The notes below the pieces were generated by a model. It made no database searches and was not told the DNA's origin. It was given only the letters and a program-made list of their open reading frames with translations. A stretch of DNA of 64,000 nucleotides, from positions 80,775-144,774 of the forward strand of contig PGYQ01000001.1 in assembly GCA_002839745.1 (NCBI GenBank). The letters run 5' to 3'. The DNA comes from Candidatus Kuenenbacteria bacterium HGW-Kuenenbacteria-1 (GTDB taxonomy: Bacteria; Patescibacteriota; Patescibacteriia; UBA2591; PGYQ01). The first letter of the stretch is position 1. The number at the start of each line of letters is the position of its first letter. Position numbers and translations under genes: made by a program. Below are positions 28,032 through 37,013 of this stretch, piece by piece.

Positions 28032-30917
28032 TTAATTATCCCCTTTTATATTAATTATTAATTTTTCGCTTTGAAATGTTTTATCGTCTTTATTAATAAC
28101 AACAGCATAAAGAAAATAATTTCCTGTTAAAGTGTCGTGCCAATCAAAATTTATTTGATTATTTTGAATATTATTTAATTCTCCTATTAAATATTCTTGC
28201 ATTGTATAAATATTTTGCGCATAAATTTTTATATTTTTAGGATTAAAAATATCTATTAAAGAAAGCTTTAATTGTATAAATTCAAATTTTTGAAAAATAG
28301 AATTATTTTGAGGTATAAGCCATAAAATTTGAGGATTATAACTTTTTTCTCTTAATAAATTAAAATTTATTTCATTTTCTCCTTGATTATCAATGTCATC
28401 ATAAAAAACAACCTTTAATTTATGAAAACCATTTTCTAAATTAGAAATTGGCACTTGTTCAAAATCTTGAGGAAAATAATTAATTGTTTTGGCTAATTGA
28501 TTATCAATAAAAAATTCAATTCTGTTTATTTTTTTTCGAGGTATTTCTGCCCCAATTTTTGTTTCTATAAAAGAACTTGTGTATGTTTCATTGTCATTTG
28601 GAAAAATTATTTTTACTTTAGGTTGGTTTTCTTTTATATGTAAATCATCATATTCTGTAGGTATAATTTCATCTAAATATCCTTTTTCTTTCGCCCATTC
28701 TTTAACAGGAGCCTCCCAATTTTTAAATTGAGGATCTTTCCATGCATTTTTAGGATAAGGTCCTTGAGGATCTTCTTTGTTTATAAAATATAAAATATCA
28801 TGCACTTTAGAATATTTTTTTTCTATAATAAAAGAGGATGGAGTTAAATCCGTAGCTAATTTTCCTGAAGCCTTATCAATTTTAACGATTGTTTCATCGA
28901 TAAATTTTCCATTTAAAACCGCTTTATTAGTAACTATTTTTTTAGGTAAAGTAAATTTTTCTATTGGTGTATTTTTTAAAACTTCTTTCATAAAAGCATT
29001 CCAAATAGGCGCAGCAATATCTCCGCCAACTGCTTTTATTTTCATTTTGGTATTATCATTATTCCCCACCCAAACACCCACAGCTAAAGAAGGTGTATAC
29101 CCCATTGTCCAAGCATCTCGAAAATCATTAGTTGTTCCGGTTTTAGCTGCCACTGGTCTTTTCCCTAAATTAAGATTATTGCGAAGACCAAAAATAAAAG
29201 ATCGCGCATTATTATCAGATAAAATATCATTAATTTGTCGACAAACTTCTTGATCTAATATTCTTTGCCCTTGATTATCAGAAGTATAATCTTCTATTAT
29301 TTTTCCTTGATGATCCTCTATTTTTAAAATTGGCGTAATTTCATGTTTTATTCCTTCTTGAGCAAAAACTCCAAAAGCGATTGTATGTTCCAAAAGTTTT
29401 ACTTCGCCAGCTCCAAGAGCTAAAGGAAGACTAAAATTTTCTCTATTTTGAAAAGTAGAATAACCTAATTCATCAGCCAAATCTAAAACAAAATTTATGC
29501 CAGTTAAATAAAGAATTTTTATTGCCGGAATATTTAAAGAACCAGCCAAAGCCTTTTTTAAAGTTACTTGACCATGTTCTGTCCCGTCATAATTTTTAGG
29601 AACATAAGATTTTTTGCCAGTCGTATCAAAATTAGTTTCTAAATCAAAAAGTACTGTTTGAGGAGTAAATCCTTTTTTAAAAGCAGCTGCATAAACAATA
29701 GGTTTAAAAGAAGATCCTGGTTGACGGGGACGAAGAGCAATATTAACATTTCCGTCTTCTTTTAAATTAAAATAATCTTTTGAGCCAACCATAGCTAAAA
29801 TTTCTCCTGTTTTTGGATCAATTGCTACTAAAGCGGCATTAGTTGCTTCCCATTTTTTATTTTTTTCAGCGCCTTGTTTAATTTTTTCTTCGGCTATTTT
29901 TTGTTTTTCAAAATCCAAAGAAGTATAAACCTTTAATCCCCCTTGCTCAACAATTTTTTCTCCATACCTTTGAGTAAGAAGTTCTTTAACATACATAACA
30001 AAATGTGGAGCTAGAATATTTTCTCGACGAGAAACAATTTTTTTTAAAATATCTATCTTCTTAGCTTTTTCTACTTCTTCTTTTTTTAGGTGCCCTTCTT
30101 GAATCATTAAATCTAAAATTAATTTTTGACGAACTAAAAGTTCTTCTTTATGATTTCCCCAAGGTGAATAATAAGTAGGGGCTTTTGGTAAAGCGGCTAA
30201 TAAAGCTGATTCAGCAATATCTAAATCTCGCGCTGATTTAGCAAAATAAGTTTGAGCTGCCGCTTCAATTCCATAAGCTTGAGAACCATAAGGGATTTCA
30301 TTGAGATACATTTTTAAAATTTGATCCTTGGAAAATTTATTTTCTATTTGATAGGCCAAAACAATTTCTTTAATTTTTCGAGTATAGGTTTTTTCAGGAG
30401 TTAGAATAGCATTTTTAATAAATTGTTGAGTAATTGTGGATGCTCCTTGAAATGTTCCTCCTTGAATTAAATTAATATAAAAAGCTTTAATTATTCTTTT
30501 AAAATCAAAACCATGATGTTGATAAAATCTCTTATCTTCAACAACAATAGCGCTCCATTTTATATATTCAGGAAGTTCTTCTAAATTGATTATAGTTCTT
30601 TTTTTCTCCCCATGAATTTCATAAAGCATTATTTTACCTGTCCGATCATAAATTTTAGTGCTGAGTTCTTCAGAGCGTTCTAATAATTTATCCGGATCTG
30701 GTAAATCTTTTGAAAGCCAAGTCCATCCTAGTACTCCTGTAATCCCTATTAAAATTAAAAAAATAAAAAATATTAAAAAACAGATTTTTAAAAAATTTTT
30801 TATTTTAAAACCTATCTTTATAGAATTTTTTCTTTTTTTTGTTTTATGAAAGAAAAAAGATTTTTTTTTAGGATTAGGATCTGCCCAATTTTGGGGAGAT
30901 TTAATTTTTAAACGCAT
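28032..30917 (-). CDS. mrcA: class A penicillin-binding protein (glycosyltransferase GT51 plus transpeptidase) with an additional C-terminal domain of about 250 aa
   Basis: The GT51 motifs are GASTITQQFIKN, RKIKEIVLAYQIE. The transpeptidase motifs are SSFKP (SxxK), SLN, KTGTT. N-terminal signal anchor. 961 aa. Confidence 0.85.
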   Translation of the reverse strand: MRLKIKSPQNWADPNPKKKSFFFHKTKKRKNSIKIGFKIKNFLKICFLIFFIFLILIGITGVLGWTWLSKDLPDPDKLLERSEELSTKIYDRTGKIMLYEIHGEKKRTIINLEELPEYIKWSAIVVEDKRFYQHHGFDFKRIIKAFYINLIQGGTFQGASTITQQFIKNAILTPEKTYTRKIKEIVLAYQIENKFSKDQILKMYLNEIPYGSQAYGIEAAAQTYFAKSARDLDIAESALLAALPKAPTYYSPWGNHKEELLVRQKLILDLMIQEGHLKKEEVEKAKKIDILKKIVSRRENILAPHFVMYVKELLTQRYGEKIVEQGGLKVYTSLDFEKQKIAEEKIKQGAEKNKKWEATNAALVAIDPKTGEILAMVGSKDYFNLKEDGNVNIALRPRQPGSSFKPIVYAAAFKKGFTPQTVLFDLETNFDTTGKKSYVPKNYDGTEHGQVTLKKALAGSLNIPAIKILYLTGINFVLDLADELGYSTFQNRENFSLPLALGAGEVKLLEHTIAFGVFAQEGIKHEITPILKIEDHQGKIIEDYTSDNQGQRILDQEVCRQINDILSDNNARSFIFGLRNNLNLGKRPVAAKTGTTNDFRDAWTMGYTPSLAVGVWVGNNDNTKMKIKAVGGDIAAPIWNAFMKEVLKNTPIEKFTLPKKIVTNKAVLNGKFIDETIVKIDKASGKLATDLTPSSFIIEKKYSKVHDILYFINKEDPQGPYPKNAWKDPQFKNWEAPVKEWAKEKGYLDEIIPTEYDDLHIKENQPKVKIIFPNDNETYTSSFIETKIGAEIPRKKINRIEFFIDNQLAKTINYFPQDFEQVPISNLENGFHKLKVVFYDDIDNQGENEINFNLLREKSYNPQILWLIPQNNSIFQKFEFIQLKLSLIDIFNPKNIKIYAQNIYTMQEYLIGELNNIQNNQINFDWHDTLTGNYFLYAVVINKDDKTFQSEKLIINIKGDN

Positions 30918-30967
30918 AAAAGAAATAGAATTATATTAGAATATTGATTTATATTATCTTAAAAAAT

Positions 30968-30998
30968 AAACAACCCTCAAATAAATTGAAGGTTGTTT
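30968..30998 (-). terminator. rho-independent terminator downstream of rplY
   Basis: 13-bp stem AAACAACCCTCAA / TTGAAGGTTGTTT with one mismatch and loop ATAAA. On the minus strand it is followed by TTATTTTTT. Confidence 0.55.
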
Positions 30999-31064
30999 AT
31001 AGAAAAATGTATATTTAAAATAAGTAATTTGTTTCTTGTTGTTCTTAACTCAATCCCCTCCTCT

Positions 31065-31700
31065 TTATTTATTAATAGCAGATTTATTAGTTGGTTCTTT
31101 TTTTTCTTCTTCTTTCTTTTCTTCAACAACTTCTTTTTTCTCTTCTCTTTTTGGTGGCACAACAGCAGAGACTATTTCATCTAATTTATCTAAAATTTTA
31201 ATATTTAAAGGAATTTTAAGATCTTTAATATGAATAATATCTTCAAAAGTATTAAGACATGAAATATTAACATCTATTTCAGAAATTAAATCTTCAGGCA
31301 AACATTCAATTTCAACAGAGTCTACATTTCTTATTAATACTCCACCCAATTCTTTTATTGCTTTAGATTCTCCAATAAAATTCAATTTTATTGAATGAGT
31401 TATTTTCTCTCCTTTTTTAATTTGATAAAAATCAATATGCAAAATTTCACTTTTTACTGGATCTTTTTGAATTTCTTGAATCAAAACTTTTATAGGTTTT
31501 TGACCATCTATTATTAAATCCAAAAGGCTTCCATCTCCTACTTGTTTATAAAGTTTTTGAAAAATAGATTTTTTAATTTCAATATTTTTATTTTCTATTC
31601 CATGCCCATAAATTACAGCTGGTAAAATTCCCTTTTTTCTTAAACTTTTACTTTTTTTATTTATTAAAGTTCTTAAATTTGTTTTTAAAGTTAAATCCAT
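31065..31700 (-). CDS. rplY: 50S ribosomal protein bL25 / general stress protein Ctc
   Basis: LPAVIYGHGIENKNIEIKKSIFQKLY...SEILHIDFYQI, followed by an acidic/Lys-rich tail. Confidence 0.8.
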   Translation of the reverse strand: MDLTLKTNLRTLINKKSKSLRKKGILPAVIYGHGIENKNIEIKKSIFQKLYKQVGDGSLLDLIIDGQKPIKVLIQEIQKDPVKSEILHIDFYQIKKGEKITHSIKLNFIGESKAIKELGGVLIRNVDSVEIECLPEDLISEIDVNISCLNTFEDIIHIKDLKIPLNIKILDKLDEIVSAVVPPKREEKKEVVEEKKEEEKKEPTNKSAINK

Positions 31701-31733
31701 AAAAATTTATTATTATAAAATAAATGCTTGCAA

Positions 31734-32060
31734 TTAATTTTGTTGATTTTTTTGAAAAAAAGATTGATGAACCAAAATAACATCATCATTATTAACAATA
31801 GAAGAATTTTTAAATTTTAAAACATCGCTCTCTATTAAATCAGTCACTAAACCAACTGAATTGACACCTAAATTATCAGTAGTGACCAAAGAAACAATTG
31901 AACTATAACATTTTTTACATTTTGAATAAATTAAATGTTTATTGCCTTTTTCTTCTAAAATTTTAACTTCTATTAATTTATGGTGTTCATTGCAGATTGG
32001 GCAAAAAGAAATTTTTTTTAATACTTCTAAAGATATTTGATTTAAAAAATTATTAGACAT
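31734..32060 (-). CDS. hypothetical zinc-ribbon protein (CPICN...CKKC)
   Basis: 108 aa with two CxxC pairs at the N-terminus. Immediately downstream of hicA on the same strand. Confidence 0.4.
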   Translation of the reverse strand: MSNNFLNQISLEVLKKISFCPICNEHHKLIEVKILEEKGNKHLIYSKCKKCYSSIVSLVTTDNLGVNSVGLVTDLIESDVLKFKNSSIVNNDDVILVHQSFFQKNQQN

Positions 32061-32076
32061 AAAAATAAATTTAAAA

Positions 32077-32301
32077 TTAAAAGTTATTTTCTAAATCATC
32101 TTTTGAAATTTCAGCTTGTTTTAAAATGCTAAATATTGTACCCTTAGGTAAATCTTTTGTATGATAAGACAAAGTAACTCTTTGTTTTGTTATTAAATGA
32201 TAAAGAATATAATGACTGCCAGTGATATGATCTATTTCAAATCCTTTTTTCTTTAAAATTTTTAAAAGTTGTTTTGAAGAATAATTGGGTATTTTAGGCA
32301 T
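32077..32301 (-). CDS. hicA: type II toxin-antitoxin system HicA-family toxin (mRNA interferase)
   Basis: 74 aa. SKQLLKILKKKGFEIDHITGSHYILYH ... LPKGTIFSILKQAEI matches the YcfA/HicA signature. Overlaps hicB by 8 nt. Confidence 0.7.
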   Translation of the reverse strand: MPKIPNYSSKQLLKILKKKGFEIDHITGSHYILYHLITKQRVTLSYHTKDLPKGTIFSILKQAEISKDDLENNF

Positions 32302-32605
32302 AAACCAAAGAAGGTTTTTTTATAAAAACTTTTTCTAATTCTACGGTAGTCATAAAAGTTTCTTCATCAGAAGGAATTAATTCTTTGTGTTTTTTAAGAC
32401 TAGCAACATAACCCTTGATGGCGTCAATAGCCATAATTTTTGCTTCTTTTAAATCTTTTCCATAAGTAATGCATCCCGGAAGACTGGGAATAATAACAGT
32501 AAACCCTCCTTCTGGTTCTGCTCGAAAAATTATATTATAATGAAAAAATTTTTGTTCTATTTGTTTCATAATTATTAGAAATTTAAAATTTTTTTCTTCT
32601 TTCAA
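32294..32605 (-). CDS. hicB: type II toxin-antitoxin system HicB-family antitoxin (UPF0150 fold)
   Basis: FHYNIIFRAEPEGGFTVIIPSLPGCITYGKDLKEAKIMAIDAIKGYV, the hallmark HicB N-terminal RNase-H-like partial fold. Confidence 0.7.
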   Translation of the reverse strand: MKEEKNFKFLIIMKQIEQKFFHYNIIFRAEPEGGFTVIIPSLPGCITYGKDLKEAKIMAIDAIKGYVASLKKHKELIPSDEETFMTTVELEKVFIKKPSLVYA

Positions 32606-32676
32606 TTAAAAAAATAAAAACTTAAAAATATTTTTATTTTTTTATATTTTATATATTATCAAAATCTATTTTTTTG

Positions 32677-33147
32677 TCAAATATTATATGCCAATATTCC
32701 CATGGTTATTAGTGTAATTATTAAGCCAGCTAATAATACTCCAACAAAAATCAATCCTAATGCTTTCCAATAAGGTATTCCAAATAAAAATGCGGCAACT
32801 GCGCCAGACCAAGCCCCAGTCATTGGTAAAGGAATAGCGACAAAAATAATTAAAGCGATATTACCATATTGTTTAAATTTTTGATAAAAATTTTTTCTGG
32901 TTCTTTCAAAAAGCCAAGTAAAAAATCTATTAAAAAAATAAAACCGTTCCATTAAAATTTTAGACAAAGACCCAAAAAACCACAATAAAAAAAATATAGG
33001 AATCATGTTTCCAAAAACAGCCCAAAAAAATGCTTCAAAAACTGGTAATTTATAAATTCCTATAGCTATTGGGATAGTTCCTCGAAGTTCATTAATTGGC
33101 GTCATTGCTATTAATAAGGTCATTAATTGTTCATTTCCTAAAATCAT
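32677..33147 (-). CDS. small multidrug-export-like membrane protein (Sm_multidrug_ex-like)
   Basis: 156 aa with 4 TM helices and an N-terminal INELRGTIPIAIG motif. Confidence 0.5.
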   Translation of the reverse strand: MILGNEQLMTLLIAMTPINELRGTIPIAIGIYKLPVFEAFFWAVFGNMIPIFFLLWFFGSLSKILMERFYFFNRFFTWLFERTRKNFYQKFKQYGNIALIIFVAIPLPMTGAWSGAVAAFLFGIPYWKALGLIFVGVLLAGLIITLITMGILAYNI

Positions 33148-33196
33148 AATAACACAAATTTAAAATAATTTTAAATAATCTTCTATAATTTATAAT

Positions 33197-34240
33197 TTAC
33201 AATTTCTTTTCTTTCCATTTGTAATTTTCAAAAATCCATTCAATTAAATTTTTCATTTCTATAAAATTTTTTTTCTTTGTTTTATTACCTAATAAAACAG
33301 CAATGATTTCATTTCCGTCTTTATTTTCCGCCTGAATAACCAAACAACTACCTGCTTCATTGGAAAAGCCTGTTTTTCCTGCTTTAATTTTTAATGCGCC
33401 TCCCAATAATTCATTAGTATTTTCCACTATTATTTCTCTTATTTTTTTTAATCCCAAAAAAGTATCAAAATTATATTTATCAATAATTAAAATTTTTTTA
33501 ATTTCTTGATTTTTTAAGGCTTGTTTGGCTAAAATTGCTATTTCTAAAGCAGTGGATAAATTATCCGGGTCTAATCCAGTGGGTTCAACAAAATATGTAT
33601 TTTTTAATCCCATTTTTTGAGCTTTTTCATTCATTTTTTTAACAAAATCTTTTTTATTTAAACCAGTGGATCTATTTAGAGCTAGAAATGCATTATTTTT
33701 TGAACCAATTAAACCGGCGTAAAATAAATCTTTTGTTTTAATTTCTTCTTTAAAATTTACATTTAATCGAGCGCCTCCTATTTCATCTTCTTTTATAATT
33801 TTTATTTTTTTCATTAAATCAGGATTTGTTTCTAAAAAAATCAAAGCACTCATTAATTTAGTTAAGCTAGCAATACTTTTTTTCTCTTGAGGTTTTTTTT
33901 GCCAAAGAATTTTTTTTGTTTTTAAATCAACAACTATTCCATTAGGAACAGCCAATTTAATCTCTGGATTTTGCTTATTAATTCTAATAGGTTCTTTAGA
34001 TTTTAAAGGAGCTGGTTTTAAATCTACTCTTATATTTGTGGTTTGTTTTGGCAAAGTATTAAATTTTGTAAAAATATCTTTTTCTAAATATTTAGGCAAC
34101 ATCAAATTTATTTTAGATGTATCACTAATTAATTTGGTATTGTTTGTTAATTCTAAAGAAAATAAATTTATTAATTGTCCAAAAAATATTATCAATAAAG
34201 TTGTCAAAATTATTAAAAGCCATTTTATATTTTTCTTCAT
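33197..34240 (-). CDS. dacA: D-alanyl-D-alanine carboxypeptidase (peptidase S11, PBP5/6 family)
   Basis: SxxK SIASLTKLM, SxN GSKNNA, KTG KTGFSNEAG. N-terminal signal anchor. Confidence 0.8.
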   Translation of the reverse strand: MKKNIKWLLIILTTLLIIFFGQLINLFSLELTNNTKLISDTSKINLMLPKYLEKDIFTKFNTLPKQTTNIRVDLKPAPLKSKEPIRINKQNPEIKLAVPNGIVVDLKTKKILWQKKPQEKKSIASLTKLMSALIFLETNPDLMKKIKIIKEDEIGGARLNVNFKEEIKTKDLFYAGLIGSKNNAFLALNRSTGLNKKDFVKKMNEKAQKMGLKNTYFVEPTGLDPDNLSTALEIAILAKQALKNQEIKKILIIDKYNFDTFLGLKKIREIIVENTNELLGGALKIKAGKTGFSNEAGSCLVIQAENKDGNEIIAVLLGNKTKKKNFIEMKNLIEWIFENYKWKEKKL

Positions 34241-34349
34241 GTAAATTTTAATTAAATTTTTAATTTAAAATAGCTAAAAGTTATTTTAAATAAACCCTCC
34301 AATAAATTTTTAACGTTGCTTTGGTATTGTTTTTCATAAAGAAAAAAGA

Positions 34350-35390
34350 TTACTGATTTTGTAATTGCCATTCTAAACGGTTGGGATTATTTAATTGAAT
34401 GAAGTCATAAGCCAAATCTAAAATATTTTGCTTGGAACGATAATTTTTTATTAAAGCAATTTGTTTTGCTTTTGGATAATCTTTTTTAAATTGCATTACA
34501 TTGCTAATTGAAGCGCCACGAAATTTATAAATTGATTGGTCATCATCAAAGGAAACGGTAATATTATTTTTTTGGGCACTTAATAATTTTATTAATTCAT
34601 ATTGAGCCCAATTGGTATCTTGAAATTCATCAACAAGAATATATTTAAATTGTTTTTGATATTTTTCTAAAATTTGTGGCCTTTTTTTAAATAATTTTAA
34701 GGTATAATTAATTAAATCTCCAAAATCCAGGGCACTGTTTTCTAATAAAAGTTGTTGATAAATATGATAAGCATTTGCAATTTCATTAATTCGCGCAATT
34801 TCTTGATCTTTAATTTTTTCTTTGTTTAAATTTTTTTTCAATTTTTCGGCATATTTTAAATAATCCTCCGGCCAAATTTCTTCATCCTTGGCTCTGGAAA
34901 AATGTTTAATCATTGCTTGAATAAATTTTGTTGGATTTCCCAAAGGGCGATAATAATCCAAATTAAATCGATCAAAATTTCGTCTGATTAAAAAATTTTG
35001 TTCTGTTTGTGTCAATAATTTAAAATTATCAGACAAGCCAATATCAATGGCGTGTTGTTTAAGAATTCTTTCCGCAAAAGAATGAAAAGTAGAAATCCAC
35101 AAATCAACATAACCATAAGGCAAAAGTATATCCACTCTTTCCTCCATTTCTTCTGCCGCTTTATCAGTAAAAGTTAAAGCTAAAATTTCTTCTGGCTTCG
35201 CTTGATTAGATAAAATTAACCAAGCTATTCTGCTGGTAATAACGGTCGTTTTCCCAGTTCCTGCTCCGGCAATAATAAGCAAAGGACCATTTTTATAAGT
35301 CACTGCTTTTTTTTGTTCTTCATTTAAATTTTCTAATAAATTTTTTTCCATAAAAATATGTTTAGGTATGTTTGGGGGTCGTATCCACAA
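34350..35390 (-). CDS. UvrD/Rep-family helicase N-terminal half (motifs Q through IV), terminating abruptly. Likely truncated or split.
   Basis: GAGTGKTTVITSRIAWL (motif I), ILALTFTDKAAEEM (Ia), ILVDEFQDTN (II), VSFDDDQSIYKFRGA (III), NYRSKQNILDLAYDFIQLNNPNR (IV). A stop follows and domains 2A and 2B are missing. Confidence 0.65.
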   Translation of the reverse strand: MWIRPPNIPKHIFMEKNLLENLNEEQKKAVTYKNGPLLIIAGAGTGKTTVITSRIAWLILSNQAKPEEILALTFTDKAAEEMEERVDILLPYGYVDLWISTFHSFAERILKQHAIDIGLSDNFKLLTQTEQNFLIRRNFDRFNLDYYRPLGNPTKFIQAMIKHFSRAKDEEIWPEDYLKYAEKLKKNLNKEKIKDQEIARINEIANAYHIYQQLLLENSALDFGDLINYTLKLFKKRPQILEKYQKQFKYILVDEFQDTNWAQYELIKLLSAQKNNITVSFDDDQSIYKFRGASISNVMQFKKDYPKAKQIALIKNYRSKQNILDLAYDFIQLNNPNRLEWQLQNQ

Positions 35391-35393
35391 ACA

Positions 35394-36968
35394 TTAGATT
35401 AAACTGTTTCCTGTCATTTCTTCTGGTTCTGAAATATTCATAATTTTTAAAATTGTTGGGGCAATATCAGCTAAAACACCAGAAGAAACAAGTCCACTTA
35501 AATCTGGATTAATTCTACCTAATTCTATAGCTTTATTTTCCCATTGTTTTCCAATTAAAATAAACGGCACTGGATTAGAAGAATGTTCTTTATCAATTTC
35601 TCCTGTATATAAATTAATAACTTCTTCAGCATTACCATGATCAGCAGTGATTAAAGCAGTTCCATTTTTTGATAAAATTTCATCAACAATTTTTTTTAAA
35701 CATTCATCAATATATTCCGTTGCTTGAATAACCGCTTTTAAATTTCCTGTGTGCCCAACCATATCTGTGTTAGCAAAATTTACTACAATAAAATCATATT
35801 CATCTTTGGAAATTTCTTGAAGCAATTTTTCTATTATTATAGGGGCACTCATTTTTGGCTGTTCAGCGTATGAAGAAATTTGAGGAGATGGAACAACAAT
35901 ATTGCTTTGTCCTTTGAAAGGTTTTTCTTCTCCACCATTAAAAAAATATGTCACATGAGCGTATTTTTCCGTTTCGGCAATATGTAATTGATTTAATCCT
36001 GAATCACTAAGAATTTTTGCTAATGGCATTTTAATTTCTTCTGGCGAAAAAGCTATTTTTACTAAAAGATCTTTTTCATATTCAGTCATTGTTGCAAAAT
36101 ATAAATTTTTCAAAAATTGAGGTCTTTTAAAATTTTGAAAATCTGGTAAAACAAACGCCTGAGTTAATTCTCTAGCGCGATCTGATCTAAAATTAAAAAA
36201 AATCACCGCGTCTTTGTCTTGAATTTTAGTAATTGGCTCTTTGTTTTCATTTAATAAAACTGTTGGCAAAAATTCTTCATCAAAAATATTTCGATCATAA
36301 GAATCTTGAATTGCTTCAATTGAATCATTAAAACTTTTTTCTGATTGTCCCTCTGTCATTGCTAAAAAAGTTTTTTCAATCCGATCCCAATGATTATCTC
36401 TATCCATCGCATAAAATCGTCCAGAGATTGTAGCAATTTTTCCGATACCAATTTGATTTATTTTTTCTTCTAACTCTTTTATAAATTCTATACCACTATT
36501 ATAAGCCACGTCTCGACCATCTAAAAATGCGTGAATATAAACTCGTTTTTGTTTTTCTTTTTTTGCTAATTCTAATAAACCGAAAAGATGTTCATTAAAA
36601 CTATGTGTCCCGCCATTTGAAACCAACCCCATCAAATGCAAAGCAGAATTATTTTCTTTGGTATATGAGCATGCTTCTAAAAAAACTTTGTTATTAAAAA
36701 AACTTCCATCTAAAATAGATTTATTAATTCGAGGTAAATTTTGATAAACAATTTTTCCAGCTCCCAAATTTAAATGTCCGACTTCTGAATTACCTACTTC
36801 TCCATAAGGTAATCCCACTGCTTCTCCAGAAGCCTGCAAAACAGCGCTAAAATAAGTGGTAATATATTTATTAAAATTAGGAGTTTTTGCTAAGCTAATT
36901 CCATTTCCTCTGGATGCCGGAGCCACTCCCCAGCCATCAAGAATAATTAAAACAATTGGTTTTTTCAT
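35394..36968 (-). CDS. gpmI: 2,3-bisphosphoglycerate-independent phosphoglycerate mutase
   Basis: KKPIVLIILDGWGVAPASRGNGISLAKTPN, plus Mn-binding His/Asp motifs and ADHGNAEE. Confidence 0.9.
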   Translation of the reverse strand: MKKPIVLIILDGWGVAPASRGNGISLAKTPNFNKYITTYFSAVLQASGEAVGLPYGEVGNSEVGHLNLGAGKIVYQNLPRINKSILDGSFFNNKVFLEACSYTKENNSALHLMGLVSNGGTHSFNEHLFGLLELAKKEKQKRVYIHAFLDGRDVAYNSGIEFIKELEEKINQIGIGKIATISGRFYAMDRDNHWDRIEKTFLAMTEGQSEKSFNDSIEAIQDSYDRNIFDEEFLPTVLLNENKEPITKIQDKDAVIFFNFRSDRARELTQAFVLPDFQNFKRPQFLKNLYFATMTEYEKDLLVKIAFSPEEIKMPLAKILSDSGLNQLHIAETEKYAHVTYFFNGGEEKPFKGQSNIVVPSPQISSYAEQPKMSAPIIIEKLLQEISKDEYDFIVVNFANTDMVGHTGNLKAVIQATEYIDECLKKIVDEILSKNGTALITADHGNAEEVINLYTGEIDKEHSSNPVPFILIGKQWENKAIELGRINPDLSGLVSSGVLADIAPTILKIMNISEPEEMTGNSLI

Positions 36969-37013
36969 CTTAAAATAAACTCGTAACAGTAAACCAGTAA
37001 CGAGTAATTAAAA

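Noticed and set aside
30977-31233. Very low-complexity poly-K/poly-F ORFs on both strands at the 3' end of rplY
   Set aside because: They are artefacts of the Lys/Glu-rich tail coding of bL25 read in other frames.
34377-34387. An 11-mer ACGGTTGGGAT shared between the 3' end of the truncated UvrD fragment and the MITE-like TIRs. I wondered whether a TIR insertion caused the truncation.
   Set aside because: Here the 11-mer encodes the conserved helicase motif-IV residues NPNR(L)EW of the ORF, so it is genuine helicase coding sequence. The match is most likely coincidental and the TIR continuation is absent.
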